NCBI GenBank assembly: GCA_934613415.1
Contig: CAKTSY010000001.1
Span: 90,001 to 122,000 of the forward strand
Source: an uncultured Opitutales bacterium
Lineage (GTDB): Bacteria > Verrucomicrobiota > Verrucomicrobiia > Opitutales > Intestinicryptomonadaceae
Direction of reading: 5' to 3'
DNA: 32,000 bases
The notes under the pieces are model-generated. The model did no database searches. It had not been told where the DNA came from and saw nothing but the letters and a program-made list of their open reading frames with translations. Numbering within the stretch: position 1 is the stretch's first letter; the number at the start of each line of letters is the position of its first letter. A program made the position numbers and the translations under genes. Shown piece by piece: positions 18,455-24,295 of this stretch.

Positions 18455-20701
18455 CTATACCATTAAAATATCGTTTAACACTTTATTATCTATTGTCAAT
18501 CCCATTTTTTCAGAATACAAAGTAGAATCTTTTAAAACGTATATACCGTTAAAATCTGCTATTTGCCCCATCGCCAAAGCGTCTTTAAGTTGAGATTTCC
18601 TAACCGAAACGCAATAGCGGCGAAGCTTGCGAAAGAAACGCGAATCTCCCAAATATCCGTCGCAAATGCGTTTGCACAAATCGGCTCCGTCGCGGTACGG
18701 AACAATAACTTCAGCACAATCGCTAGCGTCTATTAAACGAAAATTTTGGGCAGCCGTTTCAAATTGAAACTCGCCGTTGCAAGCACATTTAACAAGCAAA
18801 TCATAAATTTCTGGCTTATCAAAATTATTACATTTACCAAAAAAACATTCGAAATACTTTGCCACAACTTTGCGCGAATCTAATGCCTCGTTTTTACAAC
18901 AAAGAATAGTTTCGTTAAGTGCTTTCGCTCCACTGTATATAAAACCTAAATTAACCGGTTTTTTTGTTTTAAACACATAAACATTTCCATACTCTTTGCG
19001 CCCTTCGCGGTTGCAGCGACCAGCCGCTTGGATAATGCTGTCTAGCCCGGCATATTCTCTAAACACTTCTGGGAAATCCAAATCTACCCCCGCCTCTACA
19101 AGCTGCGTGGAAACCACACGCGTGCACTTTCCTAAAGCAAGAGATGCTTTGATTTCAGCTAAAACATCATCTATGTGAGCCGTGCACATCGACCGCGAAA
19201 GATGAAATGCGCTTTCGTCGTTTAACTTAGAAAATATTTCGGCAGCATGAGCGCGAGTGTTGCATATGCATAAGAATGAACCTGTGCGCAAATGCAAGTA
19301 ATCGGCAAAATCTGCAAGTTCAAATTCGCCTTCAATTAAATTAAATTTTGTACGCCTAAACGCAGCCTGCAATTCATCGCAATTTTTAATAATCTCTTGC
19401 ACATTTTTTATCGGAGAATCAAAGGCGGTAATGTTAGAACCAATTTTACCCGAAAATACGGGCTGGGTTGCGGTGCAAAACAGCACAGTAGCTCCGCCAA
19501 TTTTTACAAAAGCATCTAACCCCCATAGAATGGGTTTTAAAAAATCGGTAGGCAACATTTGCGCTTCGTCTAAAATTATAACGCTTTTGCAAATATTATG
19601 AAGTTTGCGCGTGCGCGACGACAAATTTGCGTACATAGACTCAAACAACTGTACATTTGTTGTAACAACAATCGGCGCGTCCCAATTTTCAGAGGCTAAG
19701 CGCGCCGCAGTAGGCTGTTCATTTTCGTCGAACAGCTTGTCTGGCTCAACATTAGAATGATGTTCTAAAACATTTTCGTCTCCAAAAATTTTTCTGTATT
19801 GTGCCGCCGTCTGCGAAATTATGCTAGTGTATGGAATTGCTACAATTACGCGCTTCTTGTCGTTTTTAACTGCAAATTTCAAAGCCCATAAAATCTACGC
19901 AAGTGTTTTACCTCCACCGGTGGGAACGCTAAGTGAAAAGTAGCTGCCTGTATAATTTTCTGCAGCATTGGAACATGTTTCATCTATGCCACAGCGCAAA
20001 CGGTTAATAGGCGTATCTGGAGAATTTTCAAAAAGCGTTTTTAAATGCAATTGCAATCGTTCTAGTAAAACTTCCAACGAATCGAACTTGCCTCGCTCCC
20101 TATCTGAATAGAAAAATTTTTCTGTATCTAAATAGTCTGCATCAACAAGAGCCGAAAACATAAGCCTTACAAGCATATTAATTGAAGACTTACTGACATC
20201 TATACCCTTAAAACTTTCTAATGGCGGAATTTTATTTTCTAAAAAGAATTGTTTGGCTCTATTGGCTACTAAATCTAAACATTCTTTTTTTTCAAGACGC
20301 GAATTTTTAACGCTATAATCTTGAAGCCCAGAATGGTGCCCTGCCGAAAGATAGTCTAGAATCGGCATTTTGTTGGTTGCGGCATATATAGCCCCAGCTG
20401 TCGAGTGGTCTACCGAGCCTTTGCGGTTTTTAGGGTCAGCGGACTTCTCGAAAACAGCGGCACGAATATATTTTTGAAAAGCATCAGAAAATTTCCCTAT
20501 ATCGTGAATCAGCCCAGCAGCATAACCCCAATTCTTGCAACCAAAAGATTCTGCAAATTCTGCGGCAAGCAAAGCTACACCCTTTAAATGATCGGGCAAT
20601 AAATGATAATAAGCCTTTTTCTCATCATCACTATCAAGCTTTATGTGCGCCACAAAATCGTTCATATTTCTAAAGCTATAATAATATTTTTTGATTGTCA
20701 A
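18455..20701 (-). pseudogene. cas3: cas3 (HD nuclease + SF2 helicase) interrupted by one in-frame TAG
   Basis: The HD motifs (HLLPDHL, GLIHDIGK) and Walker A (VPTGGGKTLA) end at TAG 19897..19895. The same frame continues ILWALKFAVKNDKKRVIVAIPYTSII... through helicase motifs (DEAQ, CTATQP). There is no frame shift. TAG terminates other genes in this window. Confidence 0.8.
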
Positions 20702-20802
20702 TTACTTTTCAAAAAAAAATGTACAAAACAAAATATTCAAAATTCATATTCACATTTTTACCAACTACTTGCACCGAATTTGTTTGTTTTTTTCAAAAAA
20801 AG

Positions 20803-21066
20803 TCACCTCTTAATTGCCAAGCAACTTGAAAAAAAATATATATCATTGCTTGACAAGATTAAATGAATCCGAAAATTTCTTTTAGATAGATGGAAATTAT
20901 CTAATTGCCCACGGTTTTTTGTGGTGTCATGACAATAATTCCCATTCAAGAAAGCTTCCTTTGTTCCGTGGAAATTTCCCATGCTACTTTGGAAGCTTTC
21001 CCTATCTATTTCTGTGGGATAAATTTTTCGCGGGATACAGCCATTTATTAATATCTTTGCTTGCAT
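20803..21066 (-). CDS. Hypothetical 87-aa ORF between the I-C array and cas3
   Basis: The ATG is preceded by GAAGGAG (3-4 nt spacing). No motif recognised. The 3' third overlaps an AT-rich inverted-repeat element and may be non-coding. Confidence 0.2.
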   Translation of the reverse strand: MQAKILINGCIPRKIYPTEIDRESFQSSMGNFHGTKEAFLNGNYCHDTTKNRGQLDNFHLSKRNFRIHLILSSNDIYFFSSCLAIKR

Positions 21067-21108
21067 TTGCTCCTTCGATTATTTGCCTCCCCTCATAAGA
21101 CAATATTT

Positions 21109-22191
21109 CATGAGATTCACGCGCCAACGAGGGGCGCGACACGGCTCATTCTTGCTGAAATTGCCCTCAATGCGTTTCAATTCACGCGCCCGCGAGGGGC
21201 GCGACGGCTTTGAATGTATCGTATGCCGATTGTGTTACGTTTCAATTCACGCGCCCGCGAGGGGCGCGACTTTGTCTTGGTCTTTTTCGTCCGCTGCAGA
21301 CTTTTGTTTCAATTCACGCGCCCGCGAGGGGCGCTACCAGGGAGACTGGGCTGTTTGCTCGCAACGTTTTGGTTTCAATTCACGCGCCCGCGAGGGGCGC
21401 GACTCTGCGGTTTCATGTAATCAGTTGCGTCCATTTTATGTTTCAATTCACGCGCCCGCGAGGGGCGCGACAATGGTAGCGCAGGGAAAAGGAGCGCGAA
21501 GAGACGTTTCAATTCACGCGCCCGCGAAGGGCGCGACCGACGAGGACGAGTATTTTGCCGACTACGAGCAGGTTTCAATTCACGCGCCCGCGAGGGGCGC
21601 GACGGTATGGCTATATCAATCGGCGGCGTAATGGTGTTTCAATTCACGCGCCCGCGAGGGGCGCGACCTCGTAGTATTCCCTTTCGGGCACCCTTATAGG
21701 GGTTTCAATTCACGCGCCCGCGAGGGGCGCTACCAGATGAGCGTTTTGTGATGTGTGGTTATTGTGGTTTCAATTCACGCGCCCGCGAGGGGCGCGACGC
21801 TATGATAAAGCATTTTAATGACGTATTTGTAGTTTCAATTCACGCGCCCGCGAGGGGCGCGACTGCTTACAAGCCAGATTCCTATAGATAGCACAGTGTT
21901 TCAATTCACGCGCCCGCGAGGGGCGCGACTTGCCATAAAACAAAGAAGAACATTGGCAGAATCAGTTTCAATTCACGCGCCCGCGAGGGGCGCGACATTG
22001 GACTTGGGCGAGGGCAATGTATTGTTGATGTTTCAATTCACGCGCCCGCGAGGGGCGCGACGCACTTGATAGGCTATTAAAGAGAGGAGAAAACGTTTCA
22101 ATTCACGCGCCCGCGAGGGGCGCGACTACATCATCCGCCGATTATTCATTGGCACTCAAGTTTCAATTCACGCGCCCGCGAGGGGCGCGAC
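21109..22191 (-). CRISPR. Type I-C CRISPR array: 17 repeats of 32 bp, 16 spacers of 32-36 bp
   Basis: The repeat in crRNA sense is GTCGCGCCCCTCGCGGGCGCGTGAATTGAAAC, the canonical I-C stem plus ATTGAAAC tail, so transcription is on the minus strand. The leftmost repeat (21109-21140) has 7 mismatches, marking the distal end. Repeats at 21306 and 21702 carry the same G>T variant, and the repeat at 21506 carries a G>A variant. Confidence 0.97.
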
Positions 22192-22300
22192 AGTATATGG
22201 GTTTATCTATCTATTTTTCTGCGTTTGCAACGATTTTTTTGCGAAATACGAAAAATTTTTATTCTCTATATTGTATATTTCACATTTTTCTTCGCAACTT
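22192..22300 (-). promoter_or_regulatory. I-C array leader with a candidate promoter
   Basis: AT-rich sequence abuts the first, intact repeat. On the minus strand, TTGCGA (22297-22292), a 16-nt spacer and TACAAT (22275-22270) lie about 75 nt upstream of the first repeat. Confidence 0.4.
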
Positions 22301-22841
22301 GCTTAATATCAACATGTGCGAAAGCCCTGGCTTTTTTTGCGCGCTTGGGGTTCGCTTACGCAAGTTTGCCCTACTATTCTACCATCGTTTGTAGGTTAGA
22401 TAAAATATATTTGTTTTATGAAAGAAGCTGACGAGCAATGCAAAATGCCTCCTCTTACACGTCCTATAAACGCTTTCAACTTCTCTAAATTCAGTAGAAT
22501 TTATTCCTTTTTATAAATCAAGCGAAAAAAACATTCTTGCTTTTAATATAAATTTTAAAAGTATTTTAAGTTGGTTGGATAGCATAAGCCTGTAGGGTTT
22601 TGACCCAACGCATTTTTTGCCAGCTATTATCCAACCTCACCTTTTATAACATATTTTTGGAGTCTCCTTCTTGGGAAGACCGTCAAGCTTCCATTCAACC
22701 TACTACTTCTAGCAATGGCGGCGACGGTAATATTTCCGCTCGTCAAGAATCAAACTCTGCTTTTAAAGTCGAAAAATCCTACAAAAATATCAAGCAAAAA
22801 ACTTCTTGATTTTTTAAATCTGTTTATAGACGATATGTACC

Positions 22842-22938
22842 GACGATTGAAGCTTTTGAGCGTGGAAATTTTCGCCTGCCTACGGGATGAGTCCGATGAA
22901 GATGTGGCGTTCTTCCAAAAGCTTTAATCGTCTTTTTT
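22842..22938 (+). ncRNA. Structured unit D: 16-bp closing stem plus T6 (candidate sRNA or terminator)
   Basis: GACGATTGAAGCTTTT (22842-22857) pairs with AAAAGCTTTAATCGTC (22917-22932): 15 Watson-Crick pairs and 1 G-U. TTTTTT follows. Confidence 0.3.
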
Positions 22939-23222
22939 GCATATACATATTATTATCTGCAACTTTTAGAGGTTTTTGGTTGACTTTTAGAATTGTTGCC
23001 AGATTCTTACGAACGATTCTCAAAATTAGAGATATTCCCTCGTTTGACTTATGGGAGGTACGCTTGCTGGGAAGAATCGATTGGCAAGATATTAGGTGTA
23101 TACCACTGGTAAGCTATTCGCAGAAATGCGTGGGGCTTGCTTTGTTTTTAATAGAATTGCTTTCTTTTAGTATTACCAATTTTTTGTTGACAGTACTTAT
23201 TCATTTAAAGAGGCTTTTTGCA

Positions 23223-23310
23223 GAATCCGAGAACAGCTCGAAAGAGTCAGGGAATGACGAAGCTCCTTTTTGGACAGGCAGGTTCCCGCCCATCTCGGAT
23301 TCCCTTTTTT
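23223..23310 (+). ncRNA. Structured unit E: 10-bp closing stem plus T6
   Basis: GAATCCGAGA (23223-23232) pairs perfectly with TCTCGGATTC (23293-23302), followed by CCTTTTTT. A GAAA-tetraloop hairpin (GCTCGAAAGAGT) lies inside. Confidence 0.3.
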
Positions 23311-23356
23311 GCATATTTTATTGACAGGCAAAAAACTTATAGCACCCTGCGCATTA

Positions 23357-23430
23357 GAACGGTATTGTTAGTGTCAAACGGGGCTTTATTGCCAACGCGC
23401 GCCTTAAATTGCAACACCGTTCCTTTTTTT
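23357..23430 (+). ncRNA. Structured unit F: 7-bp closing stem plus T7
   Basis: GAACGGT (23357-63) pairs with ACCGTTC (23416-22), followed by CTTTTTTT. The interior contains CGCGCGCCTTAAATTGCAAC. Confidence 0.3.
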
Positions 23431-23488
23431 ATATATGACGTCTATTTGATAATGTAGATTTTGCGCTATTTGTAAAAAGCATTTTCTC

Positions 23489-23589
23489 TTGACTTTTGCG
23501 GCGTTATTTTAACCTTTAATTTAGACACTTGAGAAGCGTTGCCGTTATTCGCTACGGACTTGAACACGTTATCAAGTGTCTCTTTTTTT
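23489..23589 (+). ncRNA. Paralogous structured unit A (candidate small RNA)
   Basis: TTGACTTTTGC box. Outer stem AGACACTTGA/TCAAGTGTCT (10 bp). Inner hairpin CCGT/ACGG. Invariant CTTGAAC (23559-65). Ends CTTTTTTT. Confidence 0.4.
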
Positions 23590-23773
23590 GCACAAATATA
23601 AAAATTTCTTATACCGCAAAATTTTTCTTGATAAAAAAGAATTTATAAAACCTAGTTTATGTGGGCTTTCGCGGGGTTGTGCCAGATTAACAATGCCGTC
23701 TTTTTATATCTAAAATGTTGCATTGCAAACATTTGCATTTTCTTTTATTCTTACAAACCGCCAACAATACGTC

Positions 23774-23873
23774 TTAACTTTTGCAAACCATTTTTCAAGC
23801 ATACACTAAGACGCTTACGATATTGCCCCTTAAGTGGTGGTCTTGAACATATCCTTAAGCGTCTCTTTTGTTT
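23774..23873 (+). ncRNA. Paralogous structured unit B (candidate small RNA)
   Basis: TTAACTTTTGC box. Outer stem AGACGCTTA/TAAGCGTCT (9 bp). Inner hairpin GCCCC-TTAAGT-GGTGGT. CTTGAAC (23842-48). Ends CTTTTGTTT. Confidence 0.4.
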
Positions 23874-23908
23874 ATACAGACAAAAGCCCTACACATAAAA
23901 AATTTTAT

Positions 23909-24009
23909 TTGACTTTTACAAACGGTATTTCGACTATATTGCCCGACGCTTGGGAGGCGCGCCCTTAAGTGGGCGTCTTGAACGCCCCTTCAAGCGTCTC
24001 TTTTGTTTT
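23909..24009 (+). ncRNA. Paralogous structured unit C (candidate small RNA)
   Basis: TTGACTTTTAC box. Outer stem GACGCTTG/CAAGCGTC (8 bp). Inner hairpin GCGCCC-TTAAGT-GGGCGT. CTTGAAC (23977-83). Ends TCTTTTGTTTT. Confidence 0.4.
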
Positions 24010-24056
24010 GTTAAAGTTTTCTGTTTTACATGCAACAGCATCGTTTGTGAATAAAC

Positions 24057-24180
24057 AAAAAAATTGGGCCAAACAAATGTTTGGCCCTTATTTGGTGGAC
24101 ATAAGTCCTTGTTAACGGATATGTATTTTGCAATACAACAGGGTTTTACCCCAGACACCGTTCTTTGATTTCTACAAACT
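24057..24180 (-). ncRNA. Candidate tracrRNA of the II-C system (strand assignment provisional)
   Basis: Positions 24160-24177 are identical to 18 nt of the minus-sense repeat, so they are complementary to the array's plus strand. The minus-strand transcript would read UUUGUAGAAAUCAAAGAACGGUGUC..., then hairpins UGUAUU-GCAA-AAUACA and GGAC-UUAU-GUCC, then a 9-bp GC-rich terminator GGGCCAAAC-AUUU-GUUUGGCCC followed by AAUUUUUUU. Confidence 0.6.
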
Positions 24181-24295
24181 CCCATTAATGAGAGTGTATG
24201 CAACCTTTCACAGAAAAAATATTTTGTCAATATTTTTATTGCATTTATTCTATAAATATTTTATATGTCAAATAAAGTTTAAACAATATAAATAT

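Noticed and set aside
19895-19897. TAG in cas3 as a recoded (read-through, pyrrolysine-like) codon
   Set aside because: TAG is the evident stop of several well-delimited genes in the window (stops at 11432, 11654 and 12443), and no recoding signal was noticed. A nonsense mutation or base-call error is simpler.
21083-22394. Plus- and minus-strand ORFs of 67-182 aa with reiterated SRAREGRD / FTRPRGAR peptides
   Set aside because: They are translations of the I-C CRISPR repeats; the periodic peptide is produced by the 32-bp repeat, not by a gene.
23223-23302. Unit E stem arms contain AATCCG / CGGATT, matching 6 nt of the II-C repeat; unit A contains TTGCGG and TTGACT. Considered as extra anti-repeats or natural single-guide-like RNAs.
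   Set aside because: Only 6-mer matches, expected by chance in about 2 kb on two strands. The order and topology do not fit a guide-repeat-antirepeat arrangement.
22149-23898. Chain of short overlapping plus-strand ORFs (69, 70, 145, 79 and 79 aa), considered as possible small proteins/anti-CRISPRs or a frameshifted pseudogene
   Set aside because: The translations are low-complexity (F/L/I/K-rich) with no recognisable motif. Openness on the plus strand is explained by the T-rich composition from the many T-tracts, and the ORFs cut through strong RNA stems. Cannot be fully excluded without homology searches or ribosome profiling.
22980-23914. Recurrent TTGACTTTT boxes (22980, 23489, 23909; also 12645) taken as -35 elements of independent promoters for each unit
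   Set aside because: No acceptable -10 hexamer lies at 16-18 nt in any copy (candidates sit about 20 nt away), so promoter function is unsupported. Kept only as a conserved 5' box of the unit family.
24128-24295. N-terminal extension of the cas9 ORF (track start at 24128)
   Set aside because: The extension is AT-rich, low-complexity and overlaps the anti-repeat and promoter region. The conserved RuvC-I motif follows the ATG at 24296 (MSDKKVLGFDMG), which is the normal Cas9 N-terminus.
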